From: a virus
Direction: 5' to 3' (one strand)
DNA length: 64,000 nt
IMG/VR virus record: IMGVR_UViG_3300042564_000781
Span: 56,668 to 120,667 of that record
Made by a program: the position numbers and the translations under genes. Positions within the stretch are counted from its first letter, which is position 1. Each line of letters opens with the position of its first letter. This document shows positions 29,168 through 40,000 of this stretch, in pieces. Under the pieces are notes generated by a model. The model was given only the letters and a program-made list of their open reading frames with translations, searched no databases and was not told where the DNA came from.

Positions 29168-30649
29168 ATGACTTATAAAATTACAGTAGTAGGCGGAGGC
29201 ACCGCCGGTGTTATGGCAGCAACATATTTCAAGTCTTATTGGGGCGACCTAGTTGATGTTACTATGATATATGATCATAAGAAACCCGGAATAGGTGTTG
29301 GCGAAAGTCTGACTCCTATTTTTGACAACTATTTAAAAACAGTTGGCATAACCACCGTTGAGCTGATACAGAACTGCAATGCAACTATTAAACTAGGTTT
29401 AAAATTTAAAAACTGGACGCACGAAGGCAGCGAGTGGCATCATAGCTTTCCAATTAATCAAGCAATTAATGCTACTGATCCTACAATTGCAGACTTTAAT
29501 GCAGTAGATGCGTATGATATATTGCACGACCAATATGAAAATTCATACAACTATGATAGTTTTTACTATGATAATAATTTAATATTCGGGGTAGATAATT
29601 TGTCTTATAGACATGCCATGCACATAGATGCTAATCTTGTTGGAAGATATATTGAATCAAAATTCAAAGATAAAATTAATATTGTTGACGGCATTGTGCA
29701 ACAAGTTAATGTTGAACATAGAGAAATTACAAATTTAGTATTAGCATCGGGCGATACTATTACTAGTGATTTGTTCATAGATGCATCTGGTTTAGAGTAT
29801 GCACTAATTAAACATTTAAATCCAGAATGGATTGACGTAACTGATCAGCTACCAACTAACCGTACAATCCCTAACCCATTGTTTAAAGATTTTGATTATA
29901 TTCCCCCTTATACTACGGCTGACGCAACAAAGAACGGATGGATACTAGATGTTCCATTATCTAATAGACGAGGTACTGGATATGTATATTCGTCAGAATT
30001 TACATCCGACGAAGAGGCTAAAAAAGACTTTAACCAATGGCTATTAAAAACACACGGTACTGAATTAGCAAGTGATCGAGTTATTAAGTTTAATAACGGA
30101 TACTGGAAGGAACAATGGATCGGTAACTGTATTGCTATTGGATTAGCAAGCGGATTTGTAGAACCTCTTGAAGCAACTAGTTTGCATAATACATACAGTC
30201 AATTAGATACTATAACTAGTACGCATTCATTAATTAAATGTCAAATTGATTCCGATGCTTATAATATATTTTCAACACGTATGTATGAAAACAGTGTTGA
30301 GTATATTAGGTTTTTTTATCATACAAAAAGAACCGACTCTGAATTTTGGAAATATTTAACTAACAATACACCAAAATGGTTACAAGATTTAGATACTAAG
30401 TTATTAAATGCATTTCCGGGGCCCCGAGATTTCCCTAAGATAGGAATGTTTGGTTCTAGCAGCTATACATCTATTGGGTACGGCCACGGAAGATTTACGA
30501 AACAAGGAATTGAAAGATATCTAACGTCTAAACACATGATGCAACATGCTAAACATGCATCGGAACAAATAAAGAAAATTAAATTAGATTTAAGAAAACA
30601 CGCAGTTAATCACAAACAATGGATTGATTACATTAAATCAAGTCAATGA
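29168..30649 (+). CDS. Tryptophan-halogenase-family flavoprotein
   Basis: GGGTAG, GVGES, NATIKLG, FIDASG, GWILDVP (variant WxWxIP), FVEPLEATS. Confidence 0.85.
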   Translation: MTYKITVVGGGTAGVMAATYFKSYWGDLVDVTMIYDHKKPGIGVGESLTPIFDNYLKTVGITTVELIQNCNATIKLGLKFKNWTHEGSEWHHSFPINQAINATDPTIADFNAVDAYDILHDQYENSYNYDSFYYDNNLIFGVDNLSYRHAMHIDANLVGRYIESKFKDKINIVDGIVQQVNVEHREITNLVLASGDTITSDLFIDASGLEYALIKHLNPEWIDVTDQLPTNRTIPNPLFKDFDYIPPYTTADATKNGWILDVPLSNRRGTGYVYSSEFTSDEEAKKDFNQWLLKTHGTELASDRVIKFNNGYWKEQWIGNCIAIGLASGFVEPLEATSLHNTYSQLDTITSTHSLIKCQIDSDAYNIFSTRMYENSVEYIRFFYHTKRTDSEFWKYLTNNTPKWLQDLDTKLLNAFPGPRDFPKIGMFGSSSYTSIGYGHGRFTKQGIERYLTSKHMMQHAKHASEQIKKIKLDLRKHAVNHKQWIDYIKSSQ

Positions 30650-31082
30650 TATCAGTAACTGTTTGTATCTTGCTTTGAATAATTCGATTTCGCAAACTAA
30701 GATCTAGTCCTTTATGCACAGGTTTAGGTAAACTTTCTAAATTAAACCATCCCCATGCAACGTGCTCGTCGCTGAGTTTGGGGATAAATTCTTCATCTAC
30801 AATACAGAAGTATGTGTGAAAATTAAACATACTATCATTGCTAACAAATCGTTCAAGTGGAATAGTCTTTTTAATATCAGGCATTGCACCTAATTCTTCT
30901 TCAATTTCTCGTTGTAGACCCTGCCACGCAGATTCGTTAGAATGATTAGTACCCCCGACTAACCCCCAACGTCCTGCATGTTTACCTTCAGACTTTTGCA
31001 GCAATAAAAATCTTTTTGTTGTTCGTGCGCAAATTAACGCACCGGAACAATCAATTAGTTCGTTTATAATTCTAACCTCCAA
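30633..31082 (-). CDS. NUDIX hydrolase
   Basis: GG-x5-E-x7-REIEEELG Nudix box. The start codon is uncertain. Confidence 0.88.
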   Translation of the reverse strand: MEVRIINELIDCSGALICARTTKRFLLLQKSEGKHAGRWGLVGGTNHSNESAWQGLQREIEEELGAMPDIKKTIPLERFVSNDSMFNFHTYFCIVDEEFIPKLSDEHVAWGWFNLESLPKPVHKGLDLSLRNRIIQSKIQTVTDIIDLI

Positions 31083-32644
31083 CTTCCGCGTCTGTAGTCA
31101 CCGTCAAAACTTTTCACCCAATTAACGCCATTCCATTTGTATTGTACTAGTGTATAGATGTTTGTTTGATAAATCAAGTTTTCTGAGTTTTCGCCTGCTG
31201 AAAATACTACCCACCATTTATTGCCATCCCATTCAATAATATCGTTTGCTTCTGCAATAAAGTCAGTGCCGTCATCATTTTTCCAAGCATCTGGACCGTC
31301 TTCATTTAGATTTAATACATAGGTAACTGTGCTACCTACAGGTATAAATGCAGCAAGAATAATAACATAATTACCATCTCTTTCTATAGGCGTAATCAAA
31401 CCTACTTCAACTCCGTTGACGAACACATGACAATCATTTACTTTATCAAACTCAACTGATGTACTAATTCTTTGTATTTTTAATCCAGTAACAAACGTAT
31501 CACGGACACCGCCACCAATATTGTCAATAATTAAGTATCTAGTACCAAGTACTAAATTGCTTGGACCTGTAGTTGTAGGGTCAATTACTGCGTCAAAACT
31601 ACCCCATTGACCCGATAATCTAGTAGGGCCAGCAACCATGTCATTAGTGGGAAATGTGCCGTCATCCCAGTTAACTATCATTTCAGATTCATCTAACGGA
31701 TTTATACTTAGGTAGCCAACAACTTCACTGCCGTCAGGTTGCAACAAATAAATCTTTGCTAGTCCAGCAGTATATTTTCCAGGATGCTGTTGTAGTATCA
31801 CCTGCCAATTTAACCATACTCCGGGTTGCGTACTACTGACTAATTTAATTTTGCCTTCTGATACAACAATGTCAAAGTTACCCAGTGTAGTCTTTGCACT
31901 TGCAATAGAGTTTGCTGGATATGATTGCCCTGCATCAACATACACACCTAATCCGTCAATGTATGAATCGCTCATTCCAGAACTATCAAATGTGCTTGAA
32001 ATAATATTAGTAACAACGCCTAACTTCTTAACTTTTGCAGGAGGAGTAATCCATATAGGAGTAGTAAGTGTTAGTGTAGCAACATCAATCTGCGTAGCAG
32101 TACCCATCGGAACTGTGCGACTACTAAAACTAACATCACCAAGGTCAACAACGGTTAATGATGTCCAGTCAACAAAGTTATCAGTTGTTTGTATTTCTAA
32201 ACTCGGATTAAACAATACTAGGATTTGTTCAAGAATTTGTAATTTTTGTTCTGTACTAGTTGACCAGATGTCTGCTTTAACTGATAACTTAAATGGAGTT
32301 GGCATTAGTCGTTCAACAGTATAGTTTTGTCCTTGGGTGCTAGTATAGTTTCCATTTTCGTCAATGTCGCGTTCACGAATATGCATCTTACTAACCAGTG
32401 TTGCATCTCCTAAACGAGTATTGTCAAGATCAAGATCAGTAATGTATATTGCAATCCTCGGAGCACTTTGTAAAGTATTTTCTGAGTTTTGATTAACAAT
32501 AGTCGCTGCTTGACGGTCCTGGTCGCCATACATAACCGGCACACGCACTAGTGTACCATCTCCGTATCTAACAACAAAATTGCTTAGTAGTCTAACTATC
32601 TGTAATAAGTATCGGCGTATCTGGCCGTCATAAAAATATTGCAT
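31064..32644 (-). CDS. Tail sheath stabiliser/tail terminator (T4 gp15-like) with C-terminal extension
   Basis: YFYD...F.NF.V...VPVMYG, PTPFKL, QILEQILVLFNP, adjacent to neck genes. Confidence 0.75.
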   Translation of the reverse strand: MQYFYDGQIRRYLLQIVRLLSNFVVRYGDGTLVRVPVMYGDQDRQAATIVNQNSENTLQSAPRIAIYITDLDLDNTRLGDATLVSKMHIRERDIDENGNYTSTQGQNYTVERLMPTPFKLSVKADIWSTSTEQKLQILEQILVLFNPSLEIQTTDNFVDWTSLTVVDLGDVSFSSRTVPMGTATQIDVATLTLTTPIWITPPAKVKKLGVVTNIISSTFDSSGMSDSYIDGLGVYVDAGQSYPANSIASAKTTLGNFDIVVSEGKIKLVSSTQPGVWLNWQVILQQHPGKYTAGLAKIYLLQPDGSEVVGYLSINPLDESEMIVNWDDGTFPTNDMVAGPTRLSGQWGSFDAVIDPTTTGPSNLVLGTRYLIIDNIGGGVRDTFVTGLKIQRISTSVEFDKVNDCHVFVNGVEVGLITPIERDGNYVIILAAFIPVGSTVTYVLNLNEDGPDAWKNDDGTDFIAEANDIIEWDGNKWWVVFSAGENSENLIYQTNIYTLVQYKWNGVNWVKSFDGDYRRGSWRLEL

Positions 32645-33945
32645 TATAAATCTGCCTTAGGTTTAAGTGCTTTACTCAATGCTTGACGTTCTGCAACATT
32701 CTCACCAGCGATGTTATCAGTTGCTGTATTATTAATAAACCCAGTTCTGAAAGTTTGTTTAGTATCGGTATTTGACAAGGTAGTACGAATCGCATCTTCA
32801 CGTTTAACCCAACGTGATCCGTCATATCTAAATAATCTATTGGGTAAAAAGTCAGTTCTTAAGAAGAAGTCGCCGTCAATAGCACCTGCAGGAAAGGCAA
32901 TTCCGTGCCCAAAATCAACACCATTAGGGGGAATGCCATCACCTAACAAGTATCCGCTATAGCCAGTACGATTTGGTCTAGCCCCGATTCTACTTGCATC
33001 CATCTGCATACTAGAAGCATCTGGCGGAGTTGTTGCATCGTCTACTGTGATAAGTGCAGGGTTACCAAACTCGTCAGCAGATAGTGAATAAAATTGTTGG
33101 GTTTCATAACCACTCTTAGGAGCATTGGCTTCTGCTTGGTCAAGAATAGCATCATTGATCTCAAGACTTTTTGTCTGTGTACTTAAAATGCTTTGTATAG
33201 TGGCGCCAGAGTATACACTAAAGTAACTGGCATTTGGCGGAGCTCTGCCTGTAGTAGCTGCGGTAACTTGATACAGTGTGCCTTGATAGCGAATAATTTC
33301 TCCAACTGCATATGTTGTTGTTGGACTATAATCTCCTGTAAAGTTAGCATCTTTATCTGTAGGAGTTTTAAGAATGTCTGAGTACTGTTGTTGATCAGCA
33401 ATCTTGCCTAATTTTAATCTGTATAGGTGTGGGTACCATGTGCGACTAAATCCTTCGGCGGCACGTCCAACTTCACTAACAACAAAGAATCTCGGAAGGG
33501 CTTGGTCAGCATCATTAAGTGCAAACTCATCGCGTAAGTGCGGCAGTTCTACCACATCACCTGCTAGCGGTTTACGTCCCACTAACTTGATAAAATCATT
33601 AATATGCACAGTCATAAAAACTGTGTCATTGTCAATGAACAAACCAAACTGACTTAGGTTAAAGTCAATGTCAGATACGTTATAAACGCCACGTACTGTA
33701 TAAATTGAGCTGTCATACTTTCTATCACGATTTTCAAGGAACAATAAATCTTGTATATTTGTTTCTTTTACAGCATCGTACATAGGCATATCCGCAGTAC
33801 TTTCACCTGTTAGGGGATTTTTAGGTCCTAAGTATTTGTGCAGATATATGTCAGTACCGCCTACCTGAAACATCTCAGATATACTGCGATCGTGAAATTT
33901 GTAATCATTGCCTTTCTCGGGCTTGTAAAGGGATAAACGTGGCAT
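32644..33945 (-). CDS. Neck protein (T4 gp14-like)
   Basis: The likely start is MPRLSL at 33945, 7 nt after a minus-strand TAAATA. LSQFGLF..D and P.AGDVVELP motifs are present. Confidence 0.65.
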   Translation of the reverse strand: MPRLSLYKPEKGNDYKFHDRSISEMFQVGGTDIYLHKYLGPKNPLTGESTADMPMYDAVKETNIQDLLFLENRDRKYDSSIYTVRGVYNVSDIDFNLSQFGLFIDNDTVFMTVHINDFIKLVGRKPLAGDVVELPHLRDEFALNDADQALPRFFVVSEVGRAAEGFSRTWYPHLYRLKLGKIADQQQYSDILKTPTDKDANFTGDYSPTTTYAVGEIIRYQGTLYQVTAATTGRAPPNASYFSVYSGATIQSILSTQTKSLEINDAILDQAEANAPKSGYETQQFYSLSADEFGNPALITVDDATTPPDASSMQMDASRIGARPNRTGYSGYLLGDGIPPNGVDFGHGIAFPAGAIDGDFFLRTDFLPNRLFRYDGSRWVKREDAIRTTLSNTDTKQTFRTGFINNTATDNIAGENVAERQALSKALKPKADL

Positions 33946-33952
33946 AGTACAA

Positions 33953-33968
33953 TATTTAGCGATAAATA
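33953..33968. promoter_or_regulatory. Back-to-back late promoters (TATTTAgcgaTAAATA)
   Basis: TAAATA occurs on both strands in the 38-bp gap between the divergent neck genes. Confidence 0.65.
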
Positions 33969-33983
33969 AGATGGGAGATACAA

Positions 33984-34745
33984 ATGTCAGACAATCCACA
34001 ACAGGTTAAACAGCAAGTTTTTGATTATTGCCGCGCCATGCTAGGTGACGGTATGATTGACGTTGAGCTTGATCCAATTCATTATGAAACAGCATTAGAT
34101 CGTGCGCTAACACGATTCCGCCAACGTAGTCCAAATGCAGTAGAAGAAAGCTACAGTTTCTTAACACTTGAGAAAGATAAAAATGATTACATACTGCCTG
34201 CAGAAATTATTAATGTTCAGTCTGTTTTTAGAAGAACATTGGGATCAAGAACTGGAGGTGGAACTGGAACAAACTTTGAGCCTTTCAATCTTGCGTACAC
34301 TAACACGTATCTGTTAAACAGCACCATGCTGGGTGGTATTGCTACCTACTTTATGTTTGCTAGTTATCAAGAAATGATTGGTAAAATGTTCGGAGCATAC
34401 ATTGAATTCCAATGGATTCCTACAAGCCGCACACTAAGAATACTACAACGTCCATTTAGTGAAGGCGAAGTAATAGGTCTACGCACACAGAATTTTAGAC
34501 CAGATTATCTTATCATTGACGACATTTATGCTAAACAATGGATACGTGACTATTCACTAGCTAACTGTAAAATGATGTTAGGTGAGGCACGCTCTAAATT
34601 TGCATCTATCGCTGGACCACAAGGTGGCGGTGCGCTAAATGGTAATGACTTAAAGTCGGCTGGTAAAGAAGAACTAGCCGCATTAGACAAAGAATTAGAA
34701 ACCTTAATCAGTGGTGGCACTGGTTATGCTTTTATTATAGGTTAA
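33984..34745 (+). CDS. Neck protein (T4 gp13-like)
   Basis: YC..LG...IDVEL, WIRDYSLA..K..LG..RSKF..I.GP.GG..LNG. Confidence 0.8.
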   Translation: MSDNPQQVKQQVFDYCRAMLGDGMIDVELDPIHYETALDRALTRFRQRSPNAVEESYSFLTLEKDKNDYILPAEIINVQSVFRRTLGSRTGGGTGTNFEPFNLAYTNTYLLNSTMLGGIATYFMFASYQEMIGKMFGAYIEFQWIPTSRTLRILQRPFSEGEVIGLRTQNFRPDYLIIDDIYAKQWIRDYSLANCKMMLGEARSKFASIAGPQGGGALNGNDLKSAGKEELAALDKELETLISGGTGYAFIIG

Positions 34746-34747
34746 TT

Positions 34748-35044
34748 ATGAAAGTATACGAAATTATTTCAGAGTCAGCTGCGTGGAGACGCAAAGAAGG
34801 CAAGAGTAAAAAGGGTGGACTTAATGCCAAAGGTGTAGCCAGCTATCGTCGTGAGAACCCAGGTAGCAAACTACAGACAGCAGTTACTACTAAACCTAGT
34901 AAATTAAAAGCAGGCAGCAAAGCAGCCAAACGTCGTAAATCATTCTGTGCTAGAATGGGAGGTGTTGACGGTCCAATGAAAAAGCCCAACGGCAAACCAA
35001 CTCGTAAAGCACTGGCACTAAGAAAATGGAATTGTGAAGAATGA
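34748..35044 (+). CDS. Small basic protein, probable internal head protein
   Basis: MKVYEIISE leader, then GGLN.KG..SY...NPGS.L and RRKSFCARM, a motif family seen in T4-like phages. Confidence 0.65.
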   Translation: MKVYEIISESAAWRRKEGKSKKGGLNAKGVASYRRENPGSKLQTAVTTKPSKLKAGSKAAKRRKSFCARMGGVDGPMKKPNGKPTRKALALRKWNCEE

Positions 35045-35418
35045 AAGTCTACGACATTATTACAGAAGTAGCTCAACCTAAGCCAACTAAACGTCAAAGT
35101 CAGTCTAGTAAAGGTATGAATATCTACGGCGATAAAGAAAAGGCTGACAGCACCTATGTGTCATTTAAATTAGGGCAAGCAATGGCCTGCACCGACGGCA
35201 AAACTAAGCCAGACATCGATGCCAAAAGTTGGTTTGGTAAAAAGAAAACAGTACATCCATATACCAAAGAAGAGCAAGATATGTTTGTTCAAGCTGCTAA
35301 AGCAGTGGGCGCAGACTACACTGATTTAAATCACGGTGACATGCAAAGCAGAGAATTGGACAGCACTAATAAAACTAGTCCAGTTGCTAAGATTAAAACG
35401 AACAAATACGGCGTATAA
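35041..35418 (+). CDS. Hypothetical protein, probable internal head protein
   Basis: MKVYDIITE leader and an ATGA overlap with the previous gene. Confidence 0.6.
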   Translation: MKVYDIITEVAQPKPTKRQSQSSKGMNIYGDKEKADSTYVSFKLGQAMACTDGKTKPDIDAKSWFGKKKTVHPYTKEEQDMFVQAAKAVGADYTDLNHGDMQSRELDSTNKTSPVAKIKTNKYGV

Positions 35419-35423
35419 ATCTC

Positions 35424-35452
35424 TTGACCATGTAATCTATTTGTTATATAAT
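35424..35452 (+). promoter_or_regulatory. Sigma70-type promoter
   Basis: TTGACC-17 bp-TATAAT, with the ATG 5 nt downstream. Confidence 0.75.
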
Positions 35453-35457
35453 AGATT

Positions 35458-35973
35458 ATGAGACAAATAATTGATAATTTTTTGCCAACTGATGAATTCA
35501 AAGCATTTCAATCAGAGATAATAAGTGATTTTTTCCCGTGGCATCTAGACACGGTATTGAACTACGATATTCCTAAATTAGTTGACGTTTTAGACAACTG
35601 GCAACTAGTACATTCGTTTTATCATCCACGGCATTACTCACCTTCATTTAGATTGATAGAACCAATTATAGCTAGACTTCAACCGGATCTCCGTGTACTG
35701 TTAAAAGCAAAAGTAAATTTAAATCCACGAGCCGAAAAAATTAAAATACATGGGTATCACTGTGACGTACCGTGGTCTGACGTGACTGCGATATCAAAAA
35801 CTGCTGTGTTATATATTAACAGCAACAATGGCTTTACTATATTCGAAAAAGACGGTGAAAAAATTAATAGTGTGGCTAATCGAATGGTAATATTCTCAGC
35901 AGATGATCGACACAGCGGTACTACCTGTACTGATCAACAATTTCGTGTTGTATTAAATTTAAATTTTATTTAA
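35458..35973 (+). CDS. 2OG-Fe(II) oxygenase-like protein
   Basis: IIDNFL, FPW, HxD, TAVLYIN.NNG.T, NR.VIF...HSGTT.TD..RVVLN. Confidence 0.7.
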   Translation: MRQIIDNFLPTDEFKAFQSEIISDFFPWHLDTVLNYDIPKLVDVLDNWQLVHSFYHPRHYSPSFRLIEPIIARLQPDLRVLLKAKVNLNPRAEKIKIHGYHCDVPWSDVTAISKTAVLYINSNNGFTIFEKDGEKINSVANRMVIFSADDRHSGTTCTDQQFRVVLNLNFI

Positions 35974-35981
35974 GGACTTTT

Positions 35982-36677
35982 ATGATTATAGGTGTATGCG
36001 GATTTATCGGGTCTGGCAAAGATACGGTTGCTGACTATCTTACAAATTTTCATGGCTTCCGACGAGAATCATTTGCCAACAGTTTAAAAGATGCGGTAGC
36101 CCATGTGTTTGGTTGGGATCGAACCATGTTAGAAGGCCGCACTAAATCTGCACGTGAATGGCGCGAACAAGTAGATCCGTGGTGGAGTGAACGTTTAAAT
36201 ATGCCTAATCTTACTCCGCGTTGGGTATTGCAGTATTGGGGTACAGAAGTGTGCCGCAAAAGTTTCCATGACGATATATGGATTGCTTCGCTAGAAAATA
36301 AACTACGTAATAGTACCGACGATATTGTTATTAGCGATTGCCGCTTTCCTAACGAAATTAAATCAATTAAAGATGCAGGTGGTATTGTAGTACGTGTTCA
36401 TCGAGGTCCAGAGCCAGAATGGTATCAAGATGCAATAAACGTAAACGAAGGCCGTGGCAATATGAGTTGGTTATTAAGCACCGACAAACTTAAAAGATTA
36501 GGCATTCATGCTAGCGAAACTGCCTGGGTTGGAACTAAGTTTGACCTAGTACTTGATAACAATGCTACTATTGATGACTTGTTTGCACAGGTTAAAAGTC
36601 TGGTTTTAGAGAACCCTGCTTCCACTGAAACCCTTCCTTGTGAAGAGTCCTCTGACAGTTTGCACACACTGTCTTGA
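35982..36677 (+). CDS. Deoxynucleoside monophosphate kinase (T4 gp1-like)
   Basis: GFIGSGKDT P-loop, SFA..LKD, TPR..LQ..GTE..R, DCRFPNE, HASE. Confidence 0.9.
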   Translation: MIIGVCGFIGSGKDTVADYLTNFHGFRRESFANSLKDAVAHVFGWDRTMLEGRTKSAREWREQVDPWWSERLNMPNLTPRWVLQYWGTEVCRKSFHDDIWIASLENKLRNSTDDIVISDCRFPNEIKSIKDAGGIVVRVHRGPEPEWYQDAINVNEGRGNMSWLLSTDKLKRLGIHASETAWVGTKFDLVLDNNATIDDLFAQVKSLVLENPASTETLPCEESSDSLHTLS

Positions 36678-36933
36678 GATTAGCAGGGCGGGAGTTGTTT
36701 AGATTTCCGTCCACATGGAATACGTTAAACTGTTCTCGGTGTTTGCTTTTATATCCACACTTATCACAGTCTGACTTCATTCGATAACCGTCCCTATACC
36801 ACTTAGGTTCTCCACTGCGTATTCCGCCGTGATGCAGACATGCTTCGCATCGTTTACGATAATATATACGTCCGTTCTTAACATAGTTAACGGCAGCGGG
36901 TCTTAAACCGCAAATACACAGAGGTCTTGTCAT
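36592..36933 (-). CDS. Zn-binding HNH-like endonuclease
   Basis: CxC, CxxC, CDKC, H.DGNLNN...NL..VCANC. The start at 36933 lies 5 nt after a minus-strand TATAAATA. Confidence 0.7.
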   Translation of the reverse strand: MTRPLCICGLRPAAVNYVKNGRIYYRKRCEACLHHGGIRSGEPKWYRDGYRMKSDCDKCGYKSKHREQFNVFHVDGNLNNSRPANLKTVCANCQRTLHKEGFQWKQGSLKPDF

Positions 36934-37003
36934 ACACATATTTATACCGGACCTTTTTGCCCCCTTTTCTTAGGTGTATTAGCAGCTATTTTTAACCAAA
37001 TGC

Positions 37004-37011
37004 TATAAATA
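37004..37011 (+). promoter_or_regulatory. T4-type late promoter TATAAATA
   Basis: Exact consensus upstream of the tail sheath gene. Confidence 0.75.
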
Positions 37012-37043
37012 CATGTAGAACAAGAACCTTAGGAGATTCCAAA

Positions 37044-40000
37044 ATGGCATTAAGTTCACCAGGCGTACAAGTCAGCGTAATTGACGAATCATTTTATACA
37101 CCAGCAGAACCTGGCACAGTCCCATTGATTGTGGTAGCGACAGCTGAGAACAAACAAAACGGCGGAGGCACCGGCATCGCCCCGGGAACACAAGTTGCCA
37201 ACGACGGAACAGTGTATTTGCTAACAAGTCAGAAAGACCTAGCAGATACTTTTGGAGACCCAGTTTTCAAGACTGACTCTAATAACAATCCTATCCATGC
37301 AGGCGAGCAAAACGAATACGGTTTGCAAGCAGCCTACAGTTTACTAGGTGTTAGCAATCGTGCATTTGTAGTGCGAGCAAATGTTGATCTTGATCAACTA
37401 AATGCCAGCGCAGATGCACCGTCAGCTAATCCAGCAAACGGTACATATTGGTTAGATACACAAAATACAGCATTTGGTATTTTTGAATGGAACGATGCCG
37501 CAGCAACTGCTGGCGGTCAGATGTTTGTTGCAAAAACACCGATTGTTATTACTGATCAAAATCAAATTAGTGGATACGGCACTGCGGGACAATTACCAAA
37601 AACGTCAGTTGGTGCAATTGGTAACTATGCAATAGATGCAACAGCTACTCCGGTCTCTGCATTCTACAAAAACACAGCAGGCGATTGGGTCAAAGTTGGT
37701 AGCAACGACTGGCAAGAAAGCATACCTACAGTAACAGGTGACGCTTTTGTATCAGCTACAAATACTGAAACATTCCTTATCAATACTAACAGCATTGCAA
37801 TTAGCGCAGGCGGTGCAAGCGGTATTGATGGCGTAATTGAAGACATCAACAATGCAGCCATTGCTGGTATCAGTGCAGTTAAATCAACAACTGGTAATAG
37901 AATTCAAATTTATTCAACAGGTGTAGCAGTGACGATTGCAGCCGGTACAGCAACATTAGCTAATCTTGGACTAACTGCTGGAGTGTATCAAGCACCTAAG
38001 TTAGCAATTGACAAGCATACAGCAGTTCCGCAGTGGAAACATGCATCTAATGCGGCAAACGTTGCAGCAACAGGTTCTGTATGGATCAAGACAACTGAGC
38101 CGAACGCAGGCGCACGTTGGAGAGTCAAACGTTTCAACGCAGGTACAGCATTATGGGAAGCAGCTGAAGCTCCAATCTACGGAACGGCAGCATCAGCATT
38201 GAAGGGATTAGACACAGCTGGCGGCGGTTTAAACCTAGCCGTTGGTACATTGTTTACTAAATCCAATTCAACTGACATCAGTACTTCAGAAGCTGATTTT
38301 GTAGTATACCGTCGTAAAGCAGGCGGTGCAACTACAATTACTTCAGCAGTTATTACTAGCACCACTTTTGACGCTACTCCTGACTATACATTTACCCTAC
38401 GGGAAAGTATTGTAGGTCAAGAAGCAATTTCAGCTGCATCTGCCACTATAACAGTTAACTGTGCTGGTGCAGCAGGCGATGCAGATGTATTTGCCGCAGC
38501 AATTAACACTGCCGGCCTAGTAAATGTTCAAGCATCAGTTGATGCAAGCAACCGAGTGGTAATTACTCACACTAAAGGTGGCGACATTCAAATTGATCAA
38601 ACTGCTGGTACTATTTTTGCCGATGCTGGATTCACAACTAATTTTTATGCGTCTCCAACAGAGTCAACTACACACGATTATGTAGCCAGTAACTGGGAAC
38701 CACTAAGTTATACAGCAGGTGCAGATGCTCCTATGGCATTGGCAGCAGACGGCGCACTATGGTATAGTTCAGTAATTGATGAAATTGATATCATGGTTCA
38801 CAATGGTACAACATGGGTTGGCTACGCTAGTGTTACTGGCACAGATCCAGCAGGTCCGTTAGTTAGTGCAACTGCACCAGAAACACAAAGCGATGACTCA
38901 ACATTAGTTACTGGCGATCTATGGATTGACACTAGCGACATTGAAAACTTCCCAACAATTTACAAATACAACGCAGACTTAGCAGTAGGTCAACGTTGGG
39001 TATTAGTTGATAAGACTGATCAATCAACAGAAGATGGCATCTTATTTGCAGATGCTCGCGCAGGCGCCAACGGTGGCTCAGCTACTGCATATCCTGACTC
39101 AACTATTATTGAATTGCTAGATAGCGCCTTCTTAGACTTTGATGCTCCAGATCCTGCACTATATCCACGTGGTATGTTGTTATGGAACCTACGCCGTAGT
39201 GGATTCAACGTTAAGAAATTTGTACGTAACTACGTTGACCTAGCTGGCGACAACGGTCGTCAAGGTGGCGCATCAATGGCTGCTTACTACCCACATCGTT
39301 GGGTAACTGAAAGTGCTAACCAAGCTGACGGTTCTGGTACATTTGGTCGCAAGGCACAGCGTGCAGTAGTTGTACAAGCTCTACAAGCCACAGTTAACAG
39401 CAACCAAGACATCCGTGACGAAGAAAGCCGTGTGTTCAACTTGATTGCTTGCCCAGGATATCCTGAACTAATTGGTGAGTTAATCACATTAAACTATGAT
39501 CGTGGTTTAACAGCGTTTGTAGTTGGTGATACACCTGCTCGTTTAACAGCTGATGCAACTAGCTTATTAGCATGGGGCAACAACTTAAATGGCGCATTAG
39601 AAGATAATGATATTGGTGCTGCTAGCTTTGACGAATACATGGGTATGTTCTATCCATGGGGCTTTTCAAGTGACAACTTTGGTAACAATGTTGCTATTCC
39701 TCCAAGCCACATGATCTTAAGAACTATTGCTCTAAACGATCAAGTTGCTTATCCATGGTTTGCACCTGCTGGTGTACGTCGTGGCGGTATTACTAACGCA
39801 ACAGCAGTTGGTTATATTACAGGCGAAGGCGAATTTAAATCAGTTGCACTAAACACTGGACAACGTGATACATTGTATGAATCAAAGATCAATCCTATTA
39901 CATTCTTAACAGGTACTGGCTTGGTTAACTATGGTCAAAAGACACGTGCTCGCGCAGCAAGTAGCTTGGATCGTATTAACGTAGCTCGTCTAGTTGTATA

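Noticed and set aside
20335-30649. Bacterial secondary-metabolite cluster or host contamination
   Set aside because: It is embedded between phage structural genes with similar composition and phage-type promoters, and has no core synthase or transporter.
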